A stretch of DNA of 62,017 nt, filler included. It is 3 parts of 3 records of this genome, joined end to end, with 100 filler letters (N's around TTAATTAATTAA, not from the genome) between each part and the next. Parts side by side here need not be neighbours in the genome. Positions count along the whole stretch, not along the records: positions 24,009 to 55,674 come from SRR31156797_1249; 2 more parts are not named here. The stretch is one strand, 5' to 3'. Made by a program: the position numbers and the translations under genes. Shown here piece by piece: positions 28,133 to 38,090 of the stretch (position 1 is the stretch's first letter; each line of letters opens with the position of its first letter). The notes beneath the pieces were generated by a model. That model was given only the letters and a program-made list of their open reading frames with translations. It was not told the origin of the DNA and made no database searches.

Positions 28133-30781
28133 TTATGCTCCCAGTTTCCATGTGTCGATTCGTGCGGATTCAATCAGGGATTTACTACCTGCAGGCAGCC
28201 CTTTCAGGCCCATGGCAATGGTCCGGAACGGAGCCGGAGTCTGTTTTGTAGATCGTAAATATACATAGGTAGGTAAATCAGGATCTGTATCAATTCCCAA
28301 GGTCGCTTCAGCAATAGAAATTTCTTTAAAGTCTTCCGGCACAAAAGAGGCTCCAGACACACCTGTTGCAGCCGTTAACGTTGGCATAAGGCTACAATCT
28401 GTAACAACGTCAGTAAGACCTTCTTCAGAAATATCTACAGCATATCCGGTCTTTTTAATTTTGAATGCAACCTCGTCAACGATCCAGTAATAGTCGACCT
28501 TCTCCGCATTAAATACAGCCCAATATTTAAATACCTTTTCGGATGAAACAGGATTGAAGCGCATCTCTTGGGATCCACCCGGTTCAAAATTATTCGTTTG
28601 AATAATCTCCCACTCAACTCCATCGTTGCTGCCCCTCAAAGTAACACTAGCGGGTGCATAATCATGATAACCTACAGATTGTGTCGGATGTATAATTCCA
28701 TATTCTTCCAACGATACAGGGTCTGGAAAAACCCACCCAATATACAATTCTCCTATTTCTCCAGCTGGCCACCCATCTCCATCCATTCCTCTCCACCCTG
28801 TGTTATTCTGAGAGAACTCACCATCAAACGCTTTATCCGCAGTCCAAATAGGATCATTATCATGAGAGGCAATAACATTACCGGGGTATGGCTTAGCTGG
28901 ATATTCAGAATATGGAACTATAGTTACATTGCCAGCAGTAATAACCCCCTTGTTTGTTACTATCTTTTGCCCTGTAACAATTGGAGTATCGATCCTGAGA
29001 GTTGTATTTGTCGTACCGTCTAATACTATAGACCTTTTTTGCTGTATCTTTGCGTTAACTACATACTCCGCCCAATCCCCTTCACCTGCATCCTGTTCGG
29101 TGCTGTTACTGTACAGCTCCGCCAGATCTTCCAGCGCGGTTCCGGAGGCCGTGGCTTTGACCACAATAGCCCACGCAACCATCAGGATAGCGGCATCACC
29201 AGAAATGAACGCTGCAGCCGTATTAAATGATGCTGCATAGGACCATTCTGATTCACCCAGAATCTGTCCAGTTTCCTTGCAGTAAGCATCATAAGTATTT
29301 CCGGGCTGCAGCAGTCCTGCAGGAAGCTGATATTTAAAGCCGCCAAGCACCTCCGGAGACTTATGCAATTCAGCGTCCCCTTCTTTTACCATGAACTGGG
29401 TGGAATAGTGGGTGTCTTCGGTGTCACCTACAACGGTAAAAGCACCGGCTTCCAGCTCCGGACGTTCCTGCACTCCGGTTACACCGTCAGCAGGGGCCAG
29501 CATTTCAGGTCTGGCCACATAGTTAAATTCTGCTTTTGTAGTGAACACCACAGCCACAGACCACGGAGACCACTGGCCTGTGTTTAATCGCCAGCGTACA
29601 CGCACTTTGTACATGTTGCTGACCAGCAGATAACCGGCTGGCATGGCAAAACGGTTCTGGGCTGCAGCTACGGAATCCGGACCGGAATCAAACAGCGGGC
29701 TAGAAAAATCATTAGAGGCATGATCAACCTGCACCTGAACAGCATTCAGGGTGGTGTTGATGAAAATGGGAACGTACGTACCCCAAGTAAAAACAGGGGT
29801 TTCCCCTACATCCACAGCGTTTTTTTCAGGAAAAATTATCTCCGGAATTCCGGTGGCCAGTTTGGCCAGCAGTTCCATGTGTGCATTAGGATCCTGTTCA
29901 TGGATTGAAATCTGGTTCTTTAAATATTCCACCAAATCCGACTTGATTTCATCCACTGTACGGAAGTCGGCAACCATACCCGTGCCGTCTATTTCAGCTA
30001 TCTTTATATAGTAATGCTTGATTCCGTCCTGAACGTTATCTTCAAAGCTGTCACCATAAACAGGCTCGGCCTTGGCCACTACGGTGGAACCCTGTGGAGT
30101 CAGGGAGACATCAAGCCAGACTGATTTCGGCAGATTTTCCCCGGCAATGGGCAGCGGGTTATCAAGATCAATGCGGATCCCCTCCACGTAGCCCACGCCA
30201 GCGGATAAAAAATACAATCCTTCAGTATTGATCAGCTTAAACCCGTCACACCAGAACCGTGCACGGCCGTATATGTCCCGGTTGGTCATGCGGTCCCGTT
30301 CATCCAAATCACCTAGCCTGGTCGAAAAATCCAGCTGCCATGTGTCAGCCTCCACGCTTATTCCGGAACTCTGTGCCGCGCCTTCATAGGCCAGCATAAA
30401 GTTACGGGTCAGGTGGTTCCCCTGAATCTGGCCAGCGGTCTTGAATTTGGAGATAGTAGGCAGTGTGGTTATGGCCACAACAACATCATCAGCGGATGAA
30501 TAAAGCCCGATCCAGTTAAAATCAAAGTCTCCGGCATTGGAATCCAGCACCGCCGAATAAACAACCTGATTAGGATTTACATACTTTTTATATTCAGCCG
30601 GAATGTCATATTCTAAAACAATCTGATCCGCTGCAGGCTTCTGGGTGCTTCGGTCAATGTCTGCGTCCGGATCCACGCCGGGAACGTTGGCGAAGATCAT
30701 TTTATCAATGACCAGAATCTGGCCAGCACCCTGCTTTGCTGCAATCAAATTTTCACCGGGAATGGTAATAATAGAACTCAT
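28133..30781 (-). CDS. Tail fibre / receptor-binding protein
   Basis: N-terminal VNPNQVVYS...GDFDFNWIGL collar domain, FN3-like segments, F5/8-type-C-like module. Confidence 0.88.
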   Translation of the reverse strand: MSSIITIPGENLIAAKQGAGQILVIDKMIFANVPGVDPDADIDRSTQKPAADQIVLEYDIPAEYKKYVNPNQVVYSAVLDSNAGDFDFNWIGLYSSADDVVVAITTLPTISKFKTAGQIQGNHLTRNFMLAYEGAAQSSGISVEADTWQLDFSTRLGDLDERDRMTNRDIYGRARFWCDGFKLINTEGLYFLSAGVGYVEGIRIDLDNPLPIAGENLPKSVWLDVSLTPQGSTVVAKAEPVYGDSFEDNVQDGIKHYYIKIAEIDGTGMVADFRTVDEIKSDLVEYLKNQISIHEQDPNAHMELLAKLATGIPEIIFPEKNAVDVGETPVFTWGTYVPIFINTTLNAVQVQVDHASNDFSSPLFDSGPDSVAAAQNRFAMPAGYLLVSNMYKVRVRWRLNTGQWSPWSVAVVFTTKAEFNYVARPEMLAPADGVTGVQERPELEAGAFTVVGDTEDTHYSTQFMVKEGDAELHKSPEVLGGFKYQLPAGLLQPGNTYDAYCKETGQILGESEWSYAASFNTAAAFISGDAAILMVAWAIVVKATASGTALEDLAELYSNSTEQDAGEGDWAEYVVNAKIQQKRSIVLDGTTNTTLRIDTPIVTGQKIVTNKGVITAGNVTIVPYSEYPAKPYPGNVIASHDNDPIWTADKAFDGEFSQNNTGWRGMDGDGWPAGEIGELYIGWVFPDPVSLEEYGIIHPTQSVGYHDYAPASVTLRGSNDGVEWEIIQTNNFEPGGSQEMRFNPVSSEKVFKYWAVFNAEKVDYYWIVDEVAFKIKKTGYAVDISEEGLTDVVTDCSLMPTLTAATGVSGASFVPEDFKEISIAEATLGIDTDPDLPTYVYLRSTKQTPAPFRTIAMGLKGLPAGSKSLIESARIDTWKLGA

Positions 30782-31374
30782 AGTTTAGCCTCTACTGTCA
30801 GAGTGTCGTTATCAAAGCCATTGCCGCGCACGGTCACGGCTAAAGGCGGGATTTTCGCATATACGGTCAATGTATCGTGGTTGAAATCTTCAGCCCGGAC
30901 ATAAATGCTGATAGGGGTTATTACCTGCCAGTCATAACGGCGGCAGGTCCGGCCATAGTGTTGAATCAGGGTTTCCAGCAGCTTCTGATTCTTGGCCAGC
31001 TGGCCGTCAGAGAGACGAATTGAAACTATGTCCCAATCCTGCCCGGGTATCCTTTCCTCTATCTCTACGTATCCAACACCCAGACGCTGGAAAATTCTTT
31101 TGAACCCTGCCACAGATCCGGAATCCACCGCATTGATCCGCGCATACTTCACGCGCAGCCGGAACAATTCCAGCGGTTCAGTGTCAAAACGCTTAATATC
31201 CCGCTGCCACGCCAGCAGCTTCAGGAATCCCTCGGTGCACTTCTCCGGATCCTGCATATTGACCGGAATCATGGCCCAGCCAGCCAGCAGTTCCCACCAC
31301 TTCAGCGCGGCCTTGCGGAGCTTTTCAAACTCCGGACCGCCAAGCCAGAAAGGTAATTTCAAAACCGGAATCAT
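30778..31374 (-). CDS. Tail protein I-like (baseplate wedge)
   Basis: LLAWQRDI, YARINAVDSGS, YGRTCRRY; follows J. Confidence 0.8.
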   Translation of the reverse strand: MIPVLKLPFWLGGPEFEKLRKAALKWWELLAGWAMIPVNMQDPEKCTEGFLKLLAWQRDIKRFDTEPLELFRLRVKYARINAVDSGSVAGFKRIFQRLGVGYVEIEERIPGQDWDIVSIRLSDGQLAKNQKLLETLIQHYGRTCRRYDWQVITPISIYVRAEDFNHDTLTVYAKIPPLAVTVRGNGFDNDTLTVEAKL

Positions 31375-32543
31375 GCGCCCAGCTCCACGGAAAAACCGGA
31401 CAGTTGCGGCAGATTCATATCAGTTACAATGTCGGTGGTGCGGTTGAACTCAATGGACTGAAGATCCGAAAAAAGGGAATGCAGTTCCCTATCCAGCCGG
31501 GACAAAGAAAACCGGGAAAAAGGAAAGGTCTGCGTGGCCTCAAAATTGGAATTCTCACGGAATGCACAGCGGATAAAATCCGCAACTCCCGTCTTCAGTT
31601 CTTCCTTTTTACTCTCTGAAAGGTGCGCTGCAGGATAGATAGTTGCTGTCAGCTCCACAGGGGTTATGGGCATGGGGAAACACAGCATGTCATCACCATG
31701 ACCGTGATTGCCCTTGTCCCTGATATAATCGTTGATTGCGTCTACAAAATCCTGCGAGGGCTGGCCGGAATCAATCATGATGAATGCATTGGCGCTGCCC
31801 GGGCCGCGCGGCGCTCCATGCTGAAAATAAATATAGTCAGTGCGGATCCCGGCAAAGAGGGAAATGTCAGCAGTGTACGCCGCATCATGATGATACTGGC
31901 CAACTGCGCTAAACTGATTTTGACAACGCAAGCGGAACGGATCATCTTTTTCCTGATCCGCGCCGGGAATGTCCAGCCATTCAGCTTCATTTTTAACAGT
32001 TGCCACACCGGGAACGGGCCGGGGTAAAATGGAATAATACCCGGGGCCGAGGTTGTAAGCCTCTCCAGTCTGCTCGGCCTTAACCGGCACATTAAAAACC
32101 AGCTCTCCATCTGCGGCCGTAACCTCTTCAGTGGTCAGCAGCCTGTACACATAGCCTGAAATAGTCGGTGTTTCTATGACAGTTCCAGCCGGAATGGTCA
32201 GAGAGCCTACGGAATTGATCCGGGCAAACTGAATCAATCCCCGGGCTGCAATGGACTCTTTTCGTTTCAGATCCACGCCCCAAGCAAAAATATCTAGCCA
32301 GATCCCGGAAGCAGTTTTTAAAAAGGTATTGGGCAGCGCCGTATCAGCCAGCAGATCCACCAGCCATTTGCAAGGCTGGGTAACAATGGCATTCATGAGC
32401 TTCCAGAACGGGGACCACTTAGAATCATTCTGGATTAAGCTGCCCTGTTCTGTATTCAGATCCTTCCATATCTTATCCATTTCCGCTTCAGTGGTCGGAA
32501 CTCCGGCTTCCTTCAGCATCTCTCTGTAATCAATATCGCTCAT
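31371..32543 (-). CDS. Baseplate J/gp47-family protein
   Basis: PGADQEKDDPFRLR, PRGPGSAN, NHGHGDD. Confidence 0.9.
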   Translation of the reverse strand: MSDIDYREMLKEAGVPTTEAEMDKIWKDLNTEQGSLIQNDSKWSPFWKLMNAIVTQPCKWLVDLLADTALPNTFLKTASGIWLDIFAWGVDLKRKESIAARGLIQFARINSVGSLTIPAGTVIETPTISGYVYRLLTTEEVTAADGELVFNVPVKAEQTGEAYNLGPGYYSILPRPVPGVATVKNEAEWLDIPGADQEKDDPFRLRCQNQFSAVGQYHHDAAYTADISLFAGIRTDYIYFQHGAPRGPGSANAFIMIDSGQPSQDFVDAINDYIRDKGNHGHGDDMLCFPMPITPVELTATIYPAAHLSESKKEELKTGVADFIRCAFRENSNFEATQTFPFSRFSLSRLDRELHSLFSDLQSIEFNRTTDIVTDMNLPQLSGFSVELGA

Positions 32544-32545
32544 AA

Positions 32546-32869
32546 CTATGCCTCAAGGGTAAAAGCCAGCTCGCCAAAATCGTAAGCCGTGGCGGTAAGA
32601 TTAAATGTTCCGGGCTGGCCATCAACTTCAACTATCTGGCAGCTGCCCGGAACTATGCGTTCATCGTCTTCAACTTGAATCTTGATCTTGATCAAATTCT
32701 CAGCCGTCTTTTTTGCATCACGGTTGCCGACCAGCTCCACCAGCAATCCGGTATCCCGGATCATGTGGCAAATGTCCTGCGCTATGCAGGCCAGATCCGT
32801 AACCAGCTCCGGATTCCCGCCAACGTCCAGCGTTATGTCATTGTCAGTAATTAAAAGGTCAAAGTTCAT
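32546..32869 (-). CDS. DUF2590-like baseplate protein (gpW/gp25 position)
   Basis: DLLI.DND, IAQDI.HMIR, VEDDERIVPG; TGATG overlap with the TMP gene. Confidence 0.78.
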   Translation of the reverse strand: MNFDLLITDNDITLDVGGNPELVTDLACIAQDICHMIRDTGLLVELVGNRDAKKTAENLIKIKIQVEDDERIVPGSCQIVEVDGQPGTFNLTATAYDFGELAFTLEA

Positions 32870-34728
32870 CAGCTCATACCCAAAGCCCATTGCTCATTAT
32901 TATTGGAGTGGGGACCATAATAATTATTCGTCACGGGTCCGCTGTTGCTGGAATTGGAACTATTCTTATTGGATATATTGGTCAGTTCCTGCTTGATTCC
33001 GCCTGCGGGAACTGAGGTTTGTTTCATCTGCTGCAGGGATTGCACTTGCGGCACGGTCGGTGCTGCTGGGTTGGCTCCGGTCTGTAAAAGGGAATCCATT
33101 GCCGGGGAAGTAGGGCCGGAAGTTTGGGCAACCTGCTGGTCCACTTTGCTGGAGCCGGAGATTTCAAAGGACAAGCCCAGCTTTTCCAGCACCCAGCCCA
33201 CGGCCTTGCCCAGACTTTTCAGCCAGTTCATGACCGGATCCAATACGCTGATCAGAGCTTTGCCCCACCAGGTATCACCAAAAGCATTTTTAAATTTATC
33301 CCAAAGGCCCGAAAGATAAGGAAGCAAAGCCACCAGCGCAGTTATTCCGGTCAGTATTCCGGCAATGACTACGCCGATAGGGTTGGCTACAAAGGCCGCA
33401 TTCAACAGCATTTGAGCGGTGCGCCAGCCATTTGTAAAAAAAGTGGCCACTTTAGTTACGGTTGTCCAAGCGGAAACGGCACCAGCCCAGCCCAACATCA
33501 TTATTTTGCCGAACCCGGCCGCCATGGTCAGCAGGCCAAGAATCCCGGTCAGGCTCAAGATAGCAAGACCGGCATAGCCGATAACCTTTGTTACCTGCGG
33601 ATATGCTTCAGCCCAGCCGACTATTCCGGTGGTTATGTCTCCAATCCAGTTAAAAAGGGAATCCAGAGCCGGAGTAAGAGTGCGCCCAATGACAATCTGC
33701 AACGCGTCAAAACCCTTTCTCATTCGCTGGCTCGGATCCACGCGAGCCATAGCCATGGCTTCAGCATTCTGCATGCCGGTTATGTTGGTTAATTTCTGGA
33801 TAGACGCGGATAAATTGTCCGTGTCATTCATCAGCAGCTTAACCAGCGCCACCGCTTCACCGGAGCCGAAAGCAGATTTCAGGGCATCGGAGTCCGCGAG
33901 ACTGAGCGTATCGCCAAACTTGCCCTGCAACTTTTCCATAATCTGGATCATGGGCAGCAGCTTGCCTTGCGAGTCAGTAAAGCTAAGGCCAAGCTTCTTC
34001 TGGGCCACGCCTACGCCATCCAAAAAAGCTCTGTATTTTGTCCCGGCCTCGGATCCGGACATGGTAGCCTGAAGCGTACCCAGCACAGCAAACTGTTCTG
34101 CAGCGGAAATTCCAGCGGACTGGCCAGCCGCGCCAATGGCCGAAAATGCACCGGACATTTCCATACCAGTGGTTTTAAACATCTTTACAGCGGTTGCAGT
34201 CTGGCCGGTTATTTTCTCCACCCAGTTACTTTTTCCCATGGCTTCAGCATTAGTTTTAAAAATGCCGTACATGGTGCCCATGTAATTGGTAATGGTTGCC
34301 GCGTCCGCTTTGGTACCCTTGGCCAGCACGTTGGAAGCATTGGTGAAGTTGGCAAGGTCCGCACCCTCAAGGCCGCCAATTGCTGACTGAATGTCATAAG
34401 AGGATGAAACGAACCCCGCCGCACCTTCACCATATTTAATGGAATAGATAAGGGATTTACGGGCTAGCGCGGACATTGCCTTGTCATGCACTTCCAGAGA
34501 TTTAACGTCACGCATGGCGTTATTAAAATCCATGGCAGGCTGCACAAGAGCGGTAATACCCTGCGCCGCGCCCCAAACCCCTGCAGCACCATAGCCGAGG
34601 CTATGAAATGCGCCCTTGCTCTTTTGAGCTATGGAGTCAAGAGACTGCTGTACTTTGCCCAGCTTGCCCGTGGCCTTACCAACCAGAGCATCTACGGTAA
34701 AAGTAAGCTTCTGTAATTTTGAAGACAA
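32869..34728 (-). CDS. Tail tape measure protein
   Basis: YDIQSAI, MSGSEAGTKYRAF, ANPIGVVI; Ala/Gly-rich; TTG start. Confidence 0.92.
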   Translation of the reverse strand: MSSKLQKLTFTVDALVGKATGKLGKVQQSLDSIAQKSKGAFHSLGYGAAGVWGAAQGITALVQPAMDFNNAMRDVKSLEVHDKAMSALARKSLIYSIKYGEGAAGFVSSSYDIQSAIGGLEGADLANFTNASNVLAKGTKADAATITNYMGTMYGIFKTNAEAMGKSNWVEKITGQTATAVKMFKTTGMEMSGAFSAIGAAGQSAGISAAEQFAVLGTLQATMSGSEAGTKYRAFLDGVGVAQKKLGLSFTDSQGKLLPMIQIMEKLQGKFGDTLSLADSDALKSAFGSGEAVALVKLLMNDTDNLSASIQKLTNITGMQNAEAMAMARVDPSQRMRKGFDALQIVIGRTLTPALDSLFNWIGDITTGIVGWAEAYPQVTKVIGYAGLAILSLTGILGLLTMAAGFGKIMMLGWAGAVSAWTTVTKVATFFTNGWRTAQMLLNAAFVANPIGVVIAGILTGITALVALLPYLSGLWDKFKNAFGDTWWGKALISVLDPVMNWLKSLGKAVGWVLEKLGLSFEISGSSKVDQQVAQTSGPTSPAMDSLLQTGANPAAPTVPQVQSLQQMKQTSVPAGGIKQELTNISNKNSSNSSNSGPVTNNYYGPHSNNNEQWALGMS

Positions 34729-34729
34729 G

Positions 34730-34918
34730 TCAGCCCCCGAACGCCTTTGCTACTCCGTTGCCAACGGCCACGGTCATTTTTTCCCAGTAATCATTCTCTA
34801 AAAACAATGCTTCAGCCATGGAATCCTCTGTAGCCTCACGCCCGGGAAACCATTTGCCAGAGAGTAAAAGCAGCTGCATCAGGCCGTTATCCTGAATGGC
34901 CTGCGCGGCTTCCTCTAC
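34730..34918 (-). CDS. -1 frameshift extension of the tail assembly chaperone (not in the ORF track)
   Basis: Open -1 frame VEEAAQAIQDNGLMQLLLLSGKWFPG...LFLENDYWEKMTVAVGNGVAKAFGG* entered via GGGAAAG at 34924-34918. Confidence 0.85.
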   Translation of the reverse strand, partial: VEEAAQAIQDNGLMQLLLLSGKWFPGREATEDSMAEALFLENDYWEKMTVAVGNGVAKAFGG

Positions 34919-35172
34919 TTTCCCACCATGATTTCAATATTAGGCGCGTATTCTTCGACTACCGCGCCAGCAATCTGGATAGTCGCGCCGGGAAGCTCCA
35001 GCAGTTCCTTCAGATCGTCTTTGCTGGCATCGGTCACAGTACGCATCAAAAAGTTGTGCGAAGGGGCAACTTTGTTAGTTGGCTGCATTTCATTAATATA
35101 TGAGTTGTAAGCAGCAAGCTCGACGTTGAATTCCAGATTCTTGCCCTGAACAGTGAGTTTAATAGTAGCCAT
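34915..35172 (-). CDS. Tail assembly chaperone
   Basis: YNSYINEM..NKVAPSHNFL; upstream of TMP; ends in a Gly-Lys slippery site. Confidence 0.85.
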   Translation of the reverse strand: MATIKLTVQGKNLEFNVELAAYNSYINEMQPTNKVAPSHNFLMRTVTDASKDDLKELLELPGATIQIAGAVVEEYAPNIEIMVGK

Positions 35173-35183
35173 ATTTATTCCTT

Positions 35184-35417
35184 TTATTTTGAGTCAATCT
35201 TGGCATCCAGACGGTCAAAACGCTTTTCCATCCGGCTGATAAATTTATCCATGTCCTCGGTGGATACGTAGCTTTTTGCCATTTCAAGCCGCACTTCCTG
35301 CACTCCATCCCGGTTAGCCTGCATAGAACTATGCAGGTACGTGTTCCATGCCGTGATCAGAGAAAAAGCTATGCCGAGGGCAAAAATTACATATCGCTGG
35401 ACATAATCTTTATTCAT
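35184..35417 (-). CDS. Single-TM coiled-coil protein in the lysis cassette
   Basis: One N-terminal TM helix, then a charged helix. Confidence 0.6.
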   Translation of the reverse strand: MNKDYVQRYVIFALGIAFSLITAWNTYLHSSMQANRDGVQEVRLEMAKSYVSTEDMDKFISRMEKRFDRLDAKIDSK

Positions 35418-35906
35418 TTACTTCCCCTTTGCAGGGTTGCCGAAAATTTTCATGATCAGCGGTTCAAGGTTTTTGATAGTGCGTTCACCGAAGAGGAAGC
35501 CCAGCACCAGCAGGTTGATAATGCATAAAGCGGTTTCCTGCTTCTCGGTCAGCTTCCAAGCTGTGAACCAGAGAAAATCCATATACAGGGTTGCAAAGCC
35601 CCAAAGCGGCCGCTGACATCCACGTAAAAAAATGATGAATGCGCCAAGATAAGGCACACGCAGCAGGTCAGCGGCGGAGCCTTCCAGCTTCGCGATCCGG
35701 TCAGTAACAGCCCTGTCGGCTTCCATGGCCTTGTCCATGATAAGGTTCTGCTGCTGGTCTGCTGCAGCCTTAATGGCCATTTCCATTTCCATTTTCTTTT
35801 CAGGGGGCATGTCAGGCGGGAAGTATGACTTGACGGCATCAAGGATAGTGCCGCCAAGCCCCTTCTCACCGCCGAAAATGCCACTGATAGCAGCGAAAAA
35901 ACTCAT
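35418..35906 (-). CDS. Holin-like protein (3TM/GTA-holin-like)
   Basis: RPLWG...LVLGFLFGERTIK hydrophobic C-terminus; next to the endolysin. Confidence 0.65.
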   Translation of the reverse strand: MSFFAAISGIFGGEKGLGGTILDAVKSYFPPDMPPEKKMEMEMAIKAAADQQQNLIMDKAMEADRAVTDRIAKLEGSAADLLRVPYLGAFIIFLRGCQRPLWGFATLYMDFLWFTAWKLTEKQETALCIINLLVLGFLFGERTIKNLEPLIMKIFGNPAKGK

Positions 35907-35909
35907 GCT

Positions 35910-36311
35910 TTACCCCTGCGCCATTTCAACGCCGCGCTGAATAATTGCGATATCGTAAGGCTGCACGCCGTTTTCGTGCTGGATGATTGCCAGAACCAGC
36001 CCCTGCAGGTTGCTGTGAACTGAAATGCGTTCATCAGGATCCACGCCGATACGCTCCGCCACATGGGCAGCATATGCGCCGGTGTCATTTTCTACAGGAG
36101 GTGCCCAGCGGCCGATAATTCCGGCCACGGTATCAATGCCGTACTTGCGCTGGTATGTAAGCAGGATCTTGCCCATGGCGCGGATTCCATATTCAGGACT
36201 GATAAAAGTACAAAAGGCATGGTCTGCCTGTACTTCTGCAAGACCGTCCCACTTTGCGCCGTGGCGGATGTTTCCGGGGTTGTTGTTTCTGATTCCTCGG
36301 GGTGTTGCCAT
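35910..36311 (-). CDS. Putative endolysin (RGIRNNNPGNIR family)
   Basis: PRGIRNNNPGNIR, YGIRA, RWAPP.ENDT.AY; start MATPR. Confidence 0.75.
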   Translation of the reverse strand: MATPRGIRNNNPGNIRHGAKWDGLAEVQADHAFCTFISPEYGIRAMGKILLTYQRKYGIDTVAGIIGRWAPPVENDTGAYAAHVAERIGVDPDERISVHSNLQGLVLAIIQHENGVQPYDIAIIQRGVEMAQG

Positions 36312-36313
36312 GG

Positions 36314-36508
36314 TTATTGCTCCATTTCGGTTTGACATTTTATGCAGTAGCGGCAACCGGGAACGGCCAGCCGTCTTGCTTCGGGGATAAGTTCCCCGCA
36401 TTCCTCGCAATGGGTGCTGCTCTCGCCGCTTCCGGCGGATCCGGAACAAGCTAAAGCCTGTTCCCGGATCAGCCGTTCAGTAAGTTGGGCGTTGTCGGCA
36501 ATGTCCAT
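36314..36508 (-). CDS. TraR/DksA C4-type zinc finger protein
   Basis: CEECGELIPEARRLAVPGCRYCIKCQ. Confidence 0.92.
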   Translation of the reverse strand: MDIADNAQLTERLIREQALACSGSAGSGESSTHCEECGELIPEARRLAVPGCRYCIKCQTEMEQ

Positions 36509-36957
36509 TACAGCCCTTCAGTGTCGGCTTCACTCAAGTAAGGAACGCCGTTGATACGGATAAAGTCCGGGCTGGTGACTTCAAAAGGAATCTTGGAGAT
36601 ATGTTTTTCACCGCCCTTGGAATCAATATCCAGCAGGCTTTCCAGCTTCAGCTTGCAGCCGAACGCTTCAACCTTCAGCTCATCCTCACCGGCTTTCGCA
36701 AAAAAGAGGATGTCGAATTCCTCAAGCTGGCGGAAACTTCCGGCCGACTTTGCCGCCTCGATAATGAGGTTAAGGTTCTGGGCATCCACTTCCAGCTCAC
36801 CGGATGCACCAACATCACCATCAACCCAGCCGTTGGGTACGCCACGGTCTTTCACCGTTGCGCTGTTGTCCTCAATGCTGACAGTTGCTTTTTCAACGTG
36901 CAGGGAAATATCACCCAGACTCACATCAAAATTTTTACCGCTTAAACGCTGTGCCAT
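36508..36957 (-). CDS. Tail tube protein (DUF2597-like, HP1-type)
   Basis: RLSGKNFD, GVPNGWVDGDV, VTSPDFIRINGVPYL. Confidence 0.85.
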   Translation of the reverse strand: MAQRLSGKNFDVSLGDISLHVEKATVSIEDNSATVKDRGVPNGWVDGDVGASGELEVDAQNLNLIIEAAKSAGSFRQLEEFDILFFAKAGEDELKVEAFGCKLKLESLLDIDSKGGEKHISKIPFEVTSPDFIRINGVPYLSEADTEGL

Positions 36958-38082
36958 TTATGCAGCCTCCGCCTGGTTGGAAAGATCCAAGAAAATGTTA
37001 CAAGTGATTTCTTTCGGGCAGTTGTATGGCGTGGTCTTAATGTAAATGGACACTTTGGTTCTGGTAGACCACACAATGGTAATTGCATCATCCTTAGGAG
37101 GTTTAATTTCTCCGGGGAATTGTTCTCCCATGATTTCCACGGATTTACTCATCTCACGCAAAGGACGTGCAAAATAAGTCTGATTAGAGGAAATACTGAA
37201 AGGAGTGTTGTTTAACCGACGGTTACCGATCCTTGCCACGGCCAGCACATAGACACGGCGCATAGCTTTTTGAACGACACGCAGGTTTTCAATTACCTGA
37301 TAGTCTCCAGCCGGGGCATCAAGCAGATTACCATCAGCCCAGAACATGCCGGGGTAATCCGGGTGCCATTGTGGTACAGAAAAACGCGCTGCATCCAGAT
37401 CCATCAGGATAGATGTATCAATTTTACGTCCATCTTTATCTACAGGTTTTTCGGACCACGCCCCGATAAGCGGACCTGTTTCAACACGCATAGGGGTATC
37501 AGCAACGGTTACGGATTTATTGCAAAGCCGCCCTGCGTATGTTCCCACGTCCATGCCCCATAGATCGGGAACTATTGAAACCTGATCGGCAAGAACGTCT
37601 TTAATCAACGGCTTAATTGCAGCCGTATAGTCCGACCAACTTTCAGTCTCGATATCAATTCCGCGAGTGCATCCAATAAAAAAGAGAGGTCGCCTGTACT
37701 CGGCCATAATCGCCTGAGTTTTTGCGTAATAAGCTTCAACATCAGTGGAAGCCGAGACAGCATCAGTTACAACAATAGCTTCTACACGGATTTGTTCCAT
37801 GCAGTAGTCAACTGCATCTGCCCAGTCTTCACCTTCTGCCAGCGGATAGATACAAGCGTTCCAATCTTGTCCCGCATTGACCATGGCATGATAGATCTGT
37901 TTTTTAAGATAGCTGTCAGTCGCACCCAACACATCATCAAGTTCAGTGTCAGTATTAACAGTAATAAGCTTGCTTTCATTTGTTCCTGCGCCACGGCCGA
38001 CATAAAGGAAATAATTTTCCACTTCGTCAAATTCGCCCTGCATCAGGTTCAAATTATTTACTAACGCTTTACCTAAAGCCAT
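36958..38082 (-). CDS. Tail sheath protein (DUF2586-like, HP1-type)
   Basis: NNLNLMQG, AGRLCN.SV.VADTPMRV, GDYQVIENLRVV. Confidence 0.88.
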   Translation of the reverse strand: MALGKALVNNLNLMQGEFDEVENYFLYVGRGAGTNESKLITVNTDTELDDVLGATDSYLKKQIYHAMVNAGQDWNACIYPLAEGEDWADAVDYCMEQIRVEAIVVTDAVSASTDVEAYYAKTQAIMAEYRRPLFFIGCTRGIDIETESWSDYTAAIKPLIKDVLADQVSIVPDLWGMDVGTYAGRLCNKSVTVADTPMRVETGPLIGAWSEKPVDKDGRKIDTSILMDLDAARFSVPQWHPDYPGMFWADGNLLDAPAGDYQVIENLRVVQKAMRRVYVLAVARIGNRRLNNTPFSISSNQTYFARPLREMSKSVEIMGEQFPGEIKPPKDDAITIVWSTRTKVSIYIKTTPYNCPKEITCNIFLDLSNQAEAA

Positions 38083-38090
38083 AAGTACTC

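Noticed and set aside
28133-30781. Diversity-generating retroelement or invertible tail-fibre cassette
   Set aside because: No reverse transcriptase or invertase in the phage, and no template/variable repeat pair noticed
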